DNA of 64,000 nt from Gammaproteobacteria bacterium (GCA_035688265.1 DASSNE010000034.1:6055-70054), one strand, 5' to 3'. Positions 43,307 through 53,900 are shown, counted from the stretch's first letter. The notes: generated by a model not told the origin, from the letters alone. Program-made: numbers and translations.

Positions 43307-45046
43307 GTGAGACGTGAACGTCACAAACTGCGTATTGGCGATCTGCTGGTCAACCATCGACTGATTTCGGAAAATCAGTTGCAGCAGGCACTCGCCGAAC
43401 AGAAGCGCAGCGGCCGTAAACTCGGTCGCGTGTTGATCGATCTAGGCTTCGTCGAGGAAGACGACCTGCTGCAACTGCTGTCGCGCCAGCTCGATATCCC
43501 GGTCATCGATCTCAAGCATTACCAGTTCAACCCGGACACGGTGCGGCGCCTGCCGGAAATGCATGCGCGCCGCTACCGGGCAATGGTGCTGGAGTTCAGG
43601 CCCGATCATGCGCTGATCGGCATGGCCGACCCGACCGACATTTTCGCGTTCGACGAACTGTCGCGTATCCTCAAGACGCCGATTCACCAGGCGCTGGTGC
43701 GCGAATCCGATCTGCTGCGGGCAATCGACCTGGTATATCGGCGCACGTCGGAAATCACCTCGCTGGCCGAGGCGCTGGGCGAGGAACTCTCGTCGAGCGA
43801 TTACGATCTCGAGCAGCTGGTCGCGCAGCACCAGATCGTCGATGCACCGGTCATCAAGCTGCTGCAGTCGATGTTCGAGGATGCGGTACAGATTCGCGCG
43901 TCGGACATTCATATCGAGCCGGACGAAGGCTCACTGCGCGTGCGTCAGCGCGTCGACGGCGTGCTGCAAGAGCAGATCATCGAGGGCGCGCGCGTGACGC
44001 AGGCGCTGGTCACACGGCTCAAGCTGATGGCGGGCCTCGACATTTCGGAAAAACGGCTGCCGCAGGACGGCCGTTTCAACATCAAGGTCAACAACCGCAA
44101 CCTCGACGTGCGTGTCGCCACGATGCCGGTGCAGCACGGCGAGGCGGTGGTGATGCGACTGCTCGACGAGTCGGCGAGCCTGCTGGCACTCGATGAGCTG
44201 GGCATGCCACAGGACATGCTGCCGGCATTCCGGCGACTGATCAGCCGGCCGACGGGCATGCTGCTGGTCACCGGCCCGACCGGCAGCGGCAAGACGACGA
44301 CGCTGTACGCGGCGCTCAACCGGATCAATACGCCGGCGCGCAAAATCATCACGGTCGAGGATCCGGTCGAATATCGCCTGCCCCGCATCAACCAGGTGCA
44401 GGTCCAGCCGCGCATCGGGCTCGATTTCGCGCGCGTGCTGCGCACCGCCCTGCGCCAGGATCCGGACGTGATCATGGTCGGCGAAATGCGCGACGGCGAA
44501 ACGATGGAGGTCGGCCTGCGGGCGGCAATGACCGGCCACCTCGTACTGTCGACATTGCACACCAACGACGCCATTTCTACCGTCAACCGGCTGCGCGATA
44601 TGGGTGCGCCCGGTTACCTGGTCGCCGCGGCGCTCAACGGTGTGATCGCGCAGCGGCTCGTGCGCCGCGTTTGTGACGCCTGCTCCGAGCCGCATCAGCC
44701 GAGCGGCCAGGAACTGGCGTGGCTGCGTGCGCTGGCCGGCGGCCGCAGCTTCAACCTGAGGCGCGGCCGCGGCTGCGCCTACTGCAACAACAGCGGCTAC
44801 CGCGGGCGTATCGGAGTGTATGAACTGCTGGAGATCGATGCCGAACTCGCCGATGCACTGCGTCGTGACGACGCCGCCGGCTTCGCGTCTGCCGCCCGCA
44901 ACCGGCCGACATTCAAGCCGCTGCTGGCGTGCGCGCTCAACTATGCGATCGCCGGCGTCACGTCGCTCGACGAAGTGCTGCGCCTGGCCGGCGGTCTCGA
45001 CGAACTGCGCGATGTGCCCCCGGCGGAGGAAGCCGAGGTCGGCTGA
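43307..45046 (+). CDS. mshE: MSHA pilus extension ATPase MshE (GspE family) with N-terminal MshEN c-di-GMP-binding motifs
   Basis: It has Walker A GPTGSGKT, Asp box, Walker B MVGEMRD, His box LSTLHTN and tetracysteine CxxC...CxxC. The N-terminus RIGDLLVNHRLISENQLQQALAEQ-KRSGR-KLGRVLIDLGFVEEDDLLQLLSRQ matches the tandem 24-aa MshEN motif. Confidence 0.92.
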   Translation: MRRERHKLRIGDLLVNHRLISENQLQQALAEQKRSGRKLGRVLIDLGFVEEDDLLQLLSRQLDIPVIDLKHYQFNPDTVRRLPEMHARRYRAMVLEFRPDHALIGMADPTDIFAFDELSRILKTPIHQALVRESDLLRAIDLVYRRTSEITSLAEALGEELSSSDYDLEQLVAQHQIVDAPVIKLLQSMFEDAVQIRASDIHIEPDEGSLRVRQRVDGVLQEQIIEGARVTQALVTRLKLMAGLDISEKRLPQDGRFNIKVNNRNLDVRVATMPVQHGEAVVMRLLDESASLLALDELGMPQDMLPAFRRLISRPTGMLLVTGPTGSGKTTTLYAALNRINTPARKIITVEDPVEYRLPRINQVQVQPRIGLDFARVLRTALRQDPDVIMVGEMRDGETMEVGLRAAMTGHLVLSTLHTNDAISTVNRLRDMGAPGYLVAAALNGVIAQRLVRRVCDACSEPHQPSGQELAWLRALAGGRSFNLRRGRGCAYCNNSGYRGRIGVYELLEIDAELADALRRDDAAGFASAARNRPTFKPLLACALNYAIAGVTSLDEVLRLAGGLDELRDVPPAEEAEVG

Positions 45047-46278
45047 TGGGTGTCTTTCACTACAAGGGACGCACCGCGCGCGGCGAACTGGTCAACGGCC
45101 GCCTGGAAGCCGATACCGCCGAGGCGGTCGCCGACCAGTTGTTCAATATCGGCGTCACGCCGATCGACATCAATCCCGCCGCCCGCACAACCAGTCGCGA
45201 AATCGACTTCAGTACCTTCAAAAAGCTGCTGTCGCGCGACCGCCCGGCGCTCGACGACCTGATCCTGTTCAGCCGGCAGATGTACAGCCTGACGAAAGGC
45301 GGCGTACCGCTGGTGCGCGCACTATCGGGGCTCGCTGCGTCGACGCATAATCCGATGCTGCGCGAGACGATCCGCGCAGTGGTCGAATCGCTCGCGATGG
45401 GGCGGGATCTGGCCGGCACGCTGGCACGTCATCCGAAGGTGTTCTCGCAACTCTACGTCAACATCGTTCGGGTCGGCGAGAATTCCGGCAAGCTGGAAGA
45501 GGCCTTTCAACGGCTGGCGCAGTACCTCAGTTTCGACAAGGACACGCGGCGGCGCATTCGCACCGCGTTTCGCTATCCGCTGATCGTGATCTGCTTTGTG
45601 TCCGCGGCGATCGCGATTCTGACGACGTTCGTGATCCCGAAGTTCGCCACGCTGTTCGGCCACTTCAATATCGCGCTGCCGTGGCCGACGCGGGTGATTC
45701 TCGCAATATCCGATTTCGCCAGCCATGAATGGCCCATCGTGCTCGCCGTACTGATTGGCGCGGCGGCGGGCCTCAGGCTGTGGCGCAACACCGAGGCCGG
45801 GCGCTACCGGTGGGACAAGTGGATGCTGAAAATGCCGATCGTCGGCGACATCGTGCTGCGCTCCGCGCTCGCGCGGTTCGCGCGCGGCTTCGCGATGGCC
45901 TATCGCGCGGGCGTACCGCTGATTTCCACGCTGACGCTGACCGGCCAGGCGCTCGGCAACCACTGGCTGAGGGAGCGCGTGCTTGCCATGCGCACCGGCG
46001 TCGAGCGCGGCGAATCGCTCAGCCACACGGCGGCAGCCGCGGGCCTGTTCCCGCCACTGGTACTGCAGATGCTGATGGTCGGCGAGGAAACCGGCACGGT
46101 CGATGACATGCTCGACGAAGTCGGCGACTTTTACGAAAGCGAAGTCGAATACAAGCTGCAAACGCTGAGCGCGGCAATCGAGCCGGTCCTGATTGTGGTA
46201 CTCGGCGCGATGGTGCTGATCCTGGCGCTGGGCGTCTTTCTGCCGATGTGGGATATCAGTCGGCTGGCGCACCACTGA
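45046..46278 (+). CDS. mshG: MSHA pilus platform protein MshG (GspF/PilC family)
   Basis: From ATG 45046 (overlapping the mshE stop) it is ~410 aa with two GspF repeats and 3 TM segments, including ALAEPVLIVVLG-type motifs (AAIEPVLIVVLGAMVL). Confidence 0.9.
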   Translation: MGVFHYKGRTARGELVNGRLEADTAEAVADQLFNIGVTPIDINPAARTTSREIDFSTFKKLLSRDRPALDDLILFSRQMYSLTKGGVPLVRALSGLAASTHNPMLRETIRAVVESLAMGRDLAGTLARHPKVFSQLYVNIVRVGENSGKLEEAFQRLAQYLSFDKDTRRRIRTAFRYPLIVICFVSAAIAILTTFVIPKFATLFGHFNIALPWPTRVILAISDFASHEWPIVLAVLIGAAAGLRLWRNTEAGRYRWDKWMLKMPIVGDIVLRSALARFARGFAMAYRAGVPLISTLTLTGQALGNHWLRERVLAMRTGVERGESLSHTAAAAGLFPPLVLQMLMVGEETGTVDDMLDEVGDFYESEVEYKLQTLSAAIEPVLIVVLGAMVLILALGVFLPMWDISRLAHH

Positions 46279-46323
46279 TCCGCCTGCCGAACGTCGCCAG
46301 GGACAGGACTGGGGGAGACAATA

Positions 46324-46893
46324 ATGACAAACGCGCAATTCGATAAGGCACTGGCCGCGCGCCGCCGGCGGCGCCAGTTGTCGCGGCTGGAGCTTGCAAT
46401 CGCCGTCGTCATTGTCGGCGTGCTGATCGGTATCCTGATCGAGCGCGGCAACGCGTTGATGGTGCAGGCGGAGCAAACCGGGGTCGAGCAGGTCGAGGGG
46501 CAGATTCGCGCGGCGATCGGCCTGGCGGTTGCCAGCCGGGTGGCAAAGGGCCAGCTCGCCGCCGCCGCCGGCCTCGCCGCCAGCAATCCGATGAACCTGT
46601 TGCAGACTCCGCCGCCGAACTACCTCGGTGCGCTCAGCGATGCGGATCCGGCGCAGATCGCGCCGGGCCACTGGTATTTCGACATGCGCTCCGGGTATCT
46701 GGTGTATCGGGTGCAACATGCCGATGATTTCGCAACGTCGCTGCGGGGGCCGGCCCGTGCGGAGTTCGAGATCCGGCTGCGCTACCGCGATGCCAACGAC
46801 AACGGTCGCTACGACGCCGGCGAGGACATCCTTTACGGGGTCAATTTCACGCGGGTCGCCCCATTCAGCTGGGAGGGGGGCAGCGAGAAGTGA
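46324..46893 (+). CDS. MshF-like pseudopilin-like protein
   Basis: 189 aa. The N-terminus RLELAIAVVIVGVLIGILI resembles a pilin hydrophobic helix without a clear G/F cleavage site. The position after mshG fits MshF. Confidence 0.45.
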   Translation: MTNAQFDKALAARRRRRQLSRLELAIAVVIVGVLIGILIERGNALMVQAEQTGVEQVEGQIRAAIGLAVASRVAKGQLAAAAGLAASNPMNLLQTPPPNYLGALSDADPAQIAPGHWYFDMRSGYLVYRVQHADDFATSLRGPARAEFEIRLRYRDANDNGRYDAGEDILYGVNFTRVAPFSWEGGSEK

Positions 46894-47498
46894 TAGCGAC
46901 GCCCTGGATTTCGGCGGCCGAATTGACGTTCGCCCAGGCAACGCTCACGTTGCTGTCGCTGGGCGCTGCGGCGGCCCTCGTCGTCGGCCTCGGCTTGCTG
47001 TTTGCACCAGCGCGTACGATTGCGTTGGCCGTCCGGTTCGATCGGTATTACGACATGGAGGAAAAGCTCGAGCCGTTGCAGAAGACGTGGTACTGGGAAC
47101 GCTTTTTCTATCGTCACCACCGGGCGCTTGGCAGCCTGATGCTGATCGGCTCGGCATACATCATCGTCGTGTTGATGACGCTCGGGGACAGCCGCCACAT
47201 TGCCGGTGCGCTGGGTCTGACGCTGCGTGAGTACGTTGTGGTGCTGATTGAAAGCTGCCGGGCGATGTTGATGTTCGCCAGCGTCTTTACGTTCGCGTTC
47301 GGCTGGATCGTGCTGATCCGGCCGAGTTTGCTCAAACCGATCGAACAGGGGGCAAACCGATGGGTGAATCCGCCCAGGCGCAGGCTTCCGCCGCGGCCGA
47401 AGCCGCCGCTTGCCCATCCGCGCCGGGTGGGGCTGTTCCTGACCGCCGGGGGGCTGTATACGCTCGGCAGCCTCGCATTGGCGTTGCTGGTGAGATAG
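46890..47498 (+). CDS. Hypothetical polytopic membrane protein (not part of the canonical msh gene set)
   Basis: 202 aa. The GTG start overlaps the previous gene's stop. It has about 4 hydrophobic helices and a proline/arginine-rich loop (PPRRRLPPRPKPPLAHPRR). I recognise no motif. Confidence 0.5.
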   Translation: MIATPWISAAELTFAQATLTLLSLGAAAALVVGLGLLFAPARTIALAVRFDRYYDMEEKLEPLQKTWYWERFFYRHHRALGSLMLIGSAYIIVVLMTLGDSRHIAGALGLTLREYVVVLIESCRAMLMFASVFTFAFGWIVLIRPSLLKPIEQGANRWVNPPRRRLPPRPKPPLAHPRRVGLFLTAGGLYTLGSLALALLVR

Positions 47499-47547
47499 CC
47501 ATTTGTCCGGAAAAACAAACCGTTGCCGCAAAGACCGCTGAAAAAGC

Positions 47548-47576
47548 TTGACATATGGTAGTCAGTCTAGTATTTA
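47548..47576 (+). promoter_or_regulatory. Sigma70-type promoter for the pilin genes
   Basis: TTGACA (47548-47553), a 17-nt spacer, then TATTTA (47571-47576). It lies ~125 nt upstream of the pilin ATG at 47702. Confidence 0.5.
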
Positions 47577-47701
47577 CCCTATGCCGCTTTCTTTCTGAGT
47601 TGAAGCGGTTGGTCCGGGCAGCACGGCGGCGAACTGCGGTTCGCACGGTCGGCCAACCCGGAGAATTTCGGGAGCTGCGGCTTCCATCCAAGGGGTTAAT
47701 C

Positions 47702-48154
47702 ATGAAGAAACAAACGGGTTTCACCCTGATCGAACTGGTCACGGTGATTATCATTCTGGGGATATTGGCGGCCTTTGCGGTACCGCGGTTTATCGATCTT
47801 TCCACGCAGGCACGTGCCGCGACGGTGCAAGGGATCGGCGGTAGCGTCGAAGCCGCTGCGGCGCTTGCCCATTCTGTCGCGGTGGTCAAGGGTGTGCCAA
47901 CGACCAGTTCGCCGGTATCGATGGATGGCGCCACCGTCACCATGATGAAGGGCTATCCATCGGCGGATGCCGCCGGAATCGTTGCGGCGCTACAGAGCGT
48001 GAGCGGGTTTACTACCACCACGAGTGGCAGTGACCTTTTGTTCGTTCCGGATCCGGCGCCAAGCGATTCGACCAAATGCAATGTCACCTACGCGCCGGCA
48101 ACAAGTACGAGTTCCCCGGCGGTCACGACGATCACCGTCGACGATTGCAGCTGA
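47702..48154 (+). CDS. Type IV (MSHA-type) pilin 1
   Basis: It begins MKKQTG/FTLIELVTVIIILGILAAFAVPRF, a class III signal with Glu5. There is a C-terminal Cys pair (KC...DDCS). A terminator hairpin follows. Confidence 0.88.
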   Translation: MKKQTGFTLIELVTVIIILGILAAFAVPRFIDLSTQARAATVQGIGGSVEAAAALAHSVAVVKGVPTTSSPVSMDGATVTMMKGYPSADAAGIVAALQSVSGFTTTTSGSDLLFVPDPAPSDSTKCNVTYAPATSTSSPAVTTITVDDCS

Positions 48155-48167
48155 TAACTTGCGACTG

Positions 48168-48201
48168 AAAGGGGCCGACGAATTTTTTGGTCGGCCCCTT
48201 T
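48168..48201 (+). terminator. Rho-independent terminator-like hairpin after pilin 1
   Basis: The stem is AAAGGGGCCGAC / GTCGGCCCCTTT around a T-rich loop, ending in TTT. Confidence 0.6.
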
Positions 48202-48257
48202 ATGCAAGTCAAGACGCCATTCAAGGGAGCACAACCGCAACTCCGGGGCACGGGCAC

Positions 48258-48701
48258 ATGAGCAAACAAAACGGCTTTACCCTTATCGAGCTGGTCACGG
48301 TAATTATCATTTTGGGGATACTGGCGGCGTTCGCCATTCCACGTTTTATCGACCTGAGCGGTGATGCCCGCGCAGCCGCGACCGATGGCCTGGGCGGCAG
48401 CGTCAAGGCAGCGACCGCGTTGGCGCACGCCGCCTATATCGTCAAGGGCGATGCTCCGTCGGCGGTTACCATGGACGGTGTCAGCGTTACCATGTCGAAC
48501 GGCTACCCGGCACCGAATGATACCGGAATTTTCAAGGCGCTGAACGGCGGCAGCGACTTTGCTCATGCCGCTTCCGGAACCAACGCCTACGTCTTTTCAT
48601 TGACGGGCGACAGTCCCGCCAAAACCGTCGATTGCAAAGTTGTTTACACAAACGATGGCACCAACCCTGCAAGCGTCGAAGTCAAGGATGACTGCAGCTA
48701 A
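48258..48701 (+). CDS. Type IV (MSHA-type) pilin 2
   Basis: It begins MSKQNG/FTLIELVTVIIILGILAAFAIPRF, a paralog of pilin 1 with the same C-terminal DC...DDCS disulfide pattern. Confidence 0.88.
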   Translation: MSKQNGFTLIELVTVIIILGILAAFAIPRFIDLSGDARAAATDGLGGSVKAATALAHAAYIVKGDAPSAVTMDGVSVTMSNGYPAPNDTGIFKALNGGSDFAHAASGTNAYVFSLTGDSPAKTVDCKVVYTNDGTNPASVEVKDDCS

Positions 48702-48742
48702 TAGCAAGGGTAGCAGGCGGTGAGCCGTCAAGGTGCGAAGGT

Positions 48743-48775
48743 ACAGGGCGGCCGACGGCCGCCCTGTTTCGTTTG
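48743..48775 (+). terminator. Rho-independent terminator after pilin 2
   Basis: A perfect 11-bp stem, ACAGGGCGGCC-gac-GGCCGCCCTGT, is followed by TTCGTTTG. It lies inside the 5' extension of track ORF 48733, which supports the start at 48781. Confidence 0.7.
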
Positions 48776-48780
48776 AAATC

Positions 48781-49242
48781 ATGAGAACCCGGATGCGGAT
48801 TCACGGCTTCACCACGATCGAGCTGATCGCCGTGGTCATTATTGTCGGCATCCTGGCTGCGTTCACCGTTCCACATTTTCTCGGTCGCGCCGCGTTCGAC
48901 GCCCGCGGCGTCCACGACAGCCTGGCAAGCGCGCTGCGCTATGCGCAAAAAGTCGCGATCGCGAGCAACTGCCCCATTCAGGTGCAAATCCGGACCGGCG
49001 GTTACAGCGTCAAACAACAGCCATCGCCTTGCAGCAAGACCGGATCGTTCACGCTGCCGGTGACTGACCCGGCCGGCAACACACCGCTACAACTGACGGA
49101 CCTGCACGGCGTCACCTTGACGCCGGCAACAGTCACCTTTTCCCCGTCCGGTGCTGCCGGCAGCGCCGACACCACGATTGCCGTCTCGGGCGCGGCGAGT
49201 ATCCCAGTCATCGGCGCAACCGGATACGTGGATGCACGATGA
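48781..49242 (+). CDS. Minor pilin, MshC-like (GspH/FimT-type)
   Basis: It begins MRTRMRIHG/FTTIELIAVVIIVGILAA, a prepilin N-terminus, followed by SLASALRYAQKVAI, typical of the FimT/GspH family. Confidence 0.7.
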   Translation: MRTRMRIHGFTTIELIAVVIIVGILAAFTVPHFLGRAAFDARGVHDSLASALRYAQKVAIASNCPIQVQIRTGGYSVKQQPSPCSKTGSFTLPVTDPAGNTPLQLTDLHGVTLTPATVTFSPSGAAGSADTTIAVSGAASIPVIGATGYVDAR

Positions 49243-49718
49243 TGTCTTCCCGAATCCCGAACCCCGAGTCCCGGACCCCGTTCCACCAATCCGGCGTCAC
49301 GCTGATCGAGCTGATAATCGCCATCGTTATCATCGGTATCGCGCTCGTCGGGGTATTGCTGGTGCTGAACCGCGTTATCGCCAGCAGCGGCGACCCGATG
49401 ATACAGCAGCAGGCCGTGGCAATTGGCGAGGCGTATATCGAGGAGATCAGCGGCAAGGCCTATACCGATCCGGACGGCACCGACGTCGGCGAAACGCGGG
49501 CGACCTACGACGATTTGGCGGACTACAACCGTCTGCCCGACGACGTTGTGCGCGACCAGACCGGCACCGCGGTTGCCGGCCTCGCCGGTTACCGGGTCCA
49601 GGTCTCGGTGACGCCGTCGACACTCGACGGAGCACCGGCGAAACTGATCACCGTGACGGTCTCGCACAGCGGCATGGCCGACGTGGTGCTGGCAACGTAT
49701 CGGCTGGACCTGTCATGA
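49239..49718 (+). CDS. Minor pilin, MshD-like
   Basis: It has a long leader, MMSSRIPNPESRTPFHQSG, followed by VTLIELIIAIVIIGIAL. Its 4-nt overlap with the previous gene fits. Confidence 0.68.
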   Translation: MMSSRIPNPESRTPFHQSGVTLIELIIAIVIIGIALVGVLLVLNRVIASSGDPMIQQQAVAIGEAYIEEISGKAYTDPDGTDVGETRATYDDLADYNRLPDDVVRDQTGTAVAGLAGYRVQVSVTPSTLDGAPAKLITVTVSHSGMADVVLATYRLDLS

Positions 49719-50584
49719 TCGGTGCGGGTTCAGGGCGGGTTTCTTCCCGAATTCCGGCCGGGCATTCCGGCTTCACGCTGATCGAAATCATCATCGTGAT
49801 CATCGTGCTCGGCATCATCGGGGCGATCGGCGCGACGTTCGTCACCTATACGGTCGAAGGCTACGACGCCCAGACACGTCGGGCCGCACTCGTTGACGAC
49901 ACCACGCTGGCGCTGTCGCGCATGGGCCGCGACATTCGCGCGGCGCTGCCGAACAGCGTGCGCGTCACCAGCAGCGGCAGCCGCATCGCGATCGAGATGA
50001 TCAACGTCGTCGCCGGCGAGCGTTACCGTGACGGGCCGGGACCGAACCACAACGGTGACAACGCGATATTGAAGTTCAATAAGCCGGACGACCAGTTCAA
50101 CGTTCTGCCGGCAATGACGCAAACGCTGCCGGCGAACACGCGGCTGGTGATTTACAACGTCGGTGTCAGCGGCGCGAACGCCTATGACAATGCGAACGTC
50201 ATAACGCCGGCGTCGACGGCCGTTTCCCTGGCCGCGGATACCGATGAAACGCACGTGATACTGAGCGCGCCGTTCCGGTTCGCATACCGGTCTCCTCAGC
50301 AGCGCATCTATTTTGTCGATGGGCCGGTCTCGTACGTTTGCGATACGGCGCAGCACACGCTCACGCGTTACAGCGGCTACAGCCTGATGGCGACGCAGCC
50401 GATCGGGGACAGCGATTTCGGCGCAACCGGCGCCCTCGCCGCGGACGACGTCGCCGGCTGCAATTTTGCCTACAGTCCGGGTACAGCGCAGCGCGCCGGG
50501 GTCGCAACATTAAGCCTGACGCTGGCGCGACGGGGCGAGTCGGTTCATTTGCTTGAACAGGTGCACGTCGTCAATGCGCCCTGA
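49715..50584 (+). CDS. Minor pilin, MshO-like
   Basis: From ATG 49715 the leader is MIGAGSGRVSSRIPAGHSG, followed by FTLIEIIIVIIVLGIIGA. It is ~289 aa. Confidence 0.65.
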   Translation: MIGAGSGRVSSRIPAGHSGFTLIEIIIVIIVLGIIGAIGATFVTYTVEGYDAQTRRAALVDDTTLALSRMGRDIRAALPNSVRVTSSGSRIAIEMINVVAGERYRDGPGPNHNGDNAILKFNKPDDQFNVLPAMTQTLPANTRLVIYNVGVSGANAYDNANVITPASTAVSLAADTDETHVILSAPFRFAYRSPQQRIYFVDGPVSYVCDTAQHTLTRYSGYSLMATQPIGDSDFGATGALAADDVAGCNFAYSPGTAQRAGVATLSLTLARRGESVHLLEQVHVVNAP

Positions 50585-50993
50585 GCAGCAACAGGGGTTC
50601 GCGCTCGTCATCGCGGTCTTCATTATCACCGTGCTGGCCGCGCTCGGTGCCTACATCCTGACCGTCAGCTCAGTGCAGCATCAGACAACGGTGCTGACGC
50701 TGCAGCAGATGCGCGCGCTGAACGCGGCCCGGAGCGGGGTCGAATGGGTCGGTTATCAGGCTCTCAAGTCGCATGCCTGCCCGCCGGCACCGATCGCCGA
50801 TTTCAAGCCGGGTGCGCCAACGCTGTCGGGCTTCACTATTACCGATCTGACGTGCAGTTCGACAACACACATCAGTCACGGCAACGACATCAATATCTAC
50901 ATCATAGATGCGACTGCAACTGCCGGAACCTATGGAACATCGGACTATGTGTCGCGGCACGTCCGCAGCATCATCAGCGGGCCGGCGGCATGA
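50574..50993 (+). CDS. MshP-like (PilX-N-type) pilus protein
   Basis: It begins MRPEQQQGFALVIAVFIITVLAALGAYIL. ATG 50574 overlaps the mshO-like stop; the track start is 50553. Confidence 0.55.
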   Translation: MRPEQQQGFALVIAVFIITVLAALGAYILTVSSVQHQTTVLTLQQMRALNAARSGVEWVGYQALKSHACPPAPIADFKPGAPTLSGFTITDLTCSSTTHISHGNDINIYIIDATATAGTYGTSDYVSRHVRSIISGPAA

Positions 50994-53900
50994 AATTGTG
51001 CCGGCGATATCGGCGAGCAATCGCCTCAGAGTTCATCGCCGTCCTTGGCTTGATATTGCTTTTGCCCGGGATTGCGAAGGCGCAAGCACCACAGTACGTC
51101 AATTCCTGGTTCACCAACGCCCAGGGCGCCGAGGTTCTGTGCGTCGGACTGAAAACGCCGCCCGAGACGGTGCCGGGCGACCTGATGTTGGCCGTTTTTA
51201 CACTTGCCGATGGCACCCCTAACAAGGTCGGCCTGACGAGCATCGCCGCCCCCGACGGCTGGGCCCTCGTCAGCGATTCAGGTGGAACCGTGTTGGATCA
51301 GAATTCTACCGATTCAACGGGCTTCGGCATCCGCCAGGCTGTCTACTACCACATCGCGACCAGCAGCGAACCGGCGCAAGTCGCTGATCCGGATTGCTCG
51401 AAGCTACCCGGCAACTACATCTGGCACTTCAGCAATGACAACCCCGCAAATGCGAACAAAGGCATCCGCATCATGGCCGGCATTGTCGTCTATCATGGTG
51501 TTGATGCAGCGGACCCGTTTGATGCCGTGAGCAGTGCGGCCGCCGTCAGCAGTAATTCCATTACCGCCCCGTCGATCACGACCACCTCGTCGAACGACAT
51601 GCTTGTGGGCATTTTCGGCTCCGCCTCCAATGTCGGAAATGCGGGTTTTACGGCACCGGCGACAATGACAAGCCCGACCGGTTACAACGATAGTGCCGAC
51701 GTCGTCACGGTCTACAATGAGCAGAGCGGCGCGGGACCGAACGGGGTGTCGCAGATGCTCGCGGACGAATTGTTCGCGGGGCCGGGCCCAACCGGCAATC
51801 GAATCGCGACGGGCATTTTCAGCAACGAGGCGGTTGCGGGGCAAATGCTCGCAATCCGCGGCTCGCGCCTCGATCATTTCGTAATAGAAGCGACCGGCGG
51901 CGGCGCTATCGGCCAGCAAACGGCGGGGCAGAGCTTCGACGTCAGGATACTGGCCGTTGATTCCAGCGGCAACGTCGTCACCGGATTTTCGGGCAGCGTC
52001 AACCTTACGTCCACCGGGACGCTGAGTGCGGGCGGCGGCACGACACCTGCCTTCAGCGACGGCGAGCTTGATAATTATTCTGTCACGATCAGCAATACCG
52101 GCACCTTTGCACTGACGGTGACCGCGAGCGGCGACAGCACGATGACCGGCGTCAGTAATAACTTCAACGTGGTCGCGGGTGCGTTCGACCACCTGGCGTT
52201 GGTGATGCCGGCTGCGACCAATGCGGGCGCGATCTTCCCGGTTACCGTTAGTGCAGTGGATTCGAATGGCAATATCGTTGCGGGCTTCAACGATGTTGTG
52301 GCATTGAGTTCGACCGATCCGGACGCAATACTGCCGCCTCCAACAGCATTGGTTGATGGCACCGCGACGTTCTCCGTGGCGCTTTATTCGGCGCCTCAAC
52401 AAACGACCATTACTACGTCGGACACGACGAATTCGGGGGTCAGTCCGGCTTCCGGCGTGATTACCGTCAATGTTTTGACGAGTGGATTCAACGCCTTTGA
52501 TACGGATACCCCCGCCGGAAATACGGTCGGATCCATCAAGACCAAGATAGCAGGTCAGCCAGTATCGCTCGACATCATATCGCTGGCGAACGGCAACTAT
52601 AACGGGACGGTTACCGTTGAATTGATTGGCGACAATACCGGTTTCCCGACCGGCTGTCCGGCGGGCGTCGTTCCGGCAGGTACAACTGATTCAACCGGCT
52701 GGGTCGGGCTGCAGCAGTGGACCTTCGATTTCAAGGCCGTGAGCGGCAACCGTGCGACGATGCCGGCTTTTACCGAAACCAACGCCTGGCGCGAAGCGCG
52801 CATTTTGATATCCGACGGCAATCAGACGTATTGCTCCAACGACCTGTTTGCCATCCGGCCGGACCATCTGGGACTGGTGCAGGTGCAGGATGCCACGAGA
52901 ACCACGACAGGAACCGTCAACACGCTGAATGTCGCGTCGGTGGGTAACACGCACGTTCACAATGCGGGCAGGCCCTTTCGAATTGCGGCGACCGGGATGG
53001 ATGTCAACGGCAATGTTACCTCGAATTACGACGGTAGCCCGGAGCCCGTTCTTCCTCTGCAGCCGGCAATAGCCGGTTGTTCAAGTTGCGTGCCGGGCAC
53101 GCTCGACGTCGGCATTTGGAACGCGAGCGGCGGAACCGTCGTCACGACAACGGCAACCTACAGCGAGGCGGGGGCCTTCGCCACCAGGCTGGTCGACAAG
53201 CATTTTGCGGACATCGATCTTGGCGACGGTTCGACCGAGGCGCAACGCTATATCTATTCCGGCACGCTGACCATCGGCCGCTTTGTACCCGACAAGTTTG
53301 TCGCGACATTTACGCAGGCACCCCGATTCGCGACCGGTTGCACCGCGTTCACCTATCTGGGCCAGCCATTTACCTTTGACACCGCGCCGGTGATTACCGT
53401 CACCGCACAAAATGCCGCCGGCGAGCCCACCATGAACTACGCGGCCATTAAGGCCGATCCGGCCGATCCGTTCGGTCGATTGACCAGTTCGAGCCTGTCG
53501 GCGGCGAACGCCGGGTGGCCCAGTGCCGGCGCAGCAAGCGGCGGCTACAGCGAGACCGATAATTCCGCCGGCGGCAGCCACCTGCTTGATCTGGCCGCGG
53601 TGCCGGCGATCAACGCGATTACGATAGTGTCCATCAGCGGCAGCACTGCCACGCTCACATTTCCCGCCGGTACGACACTGGATGTCGAAAAAATCAGCAA
53701 CGGTGCCGGCGCGTCGGGCGAGCCGCCGTTCAACGCCGATATCGACCTGAGCCTTTACGTAACGGATGCCGACGCGGTGCAGACGACAACGGCGCCTGTT
53801 CTCTACGCCGACATTCCTTTCAGCGGAGGAAGTGAAATGCGCTATGGACGCGTGTTCATGAATACCGCCGTCGGTTCGGAACTGTTGCCGCTGCCCGTAG

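Noticed and set aside
45322-46941. 539-aa minus-strand ORF
   Set aside because: It lies antisense to mshG (GspF family) and the mshF-like gene. It is a shadow ORF.
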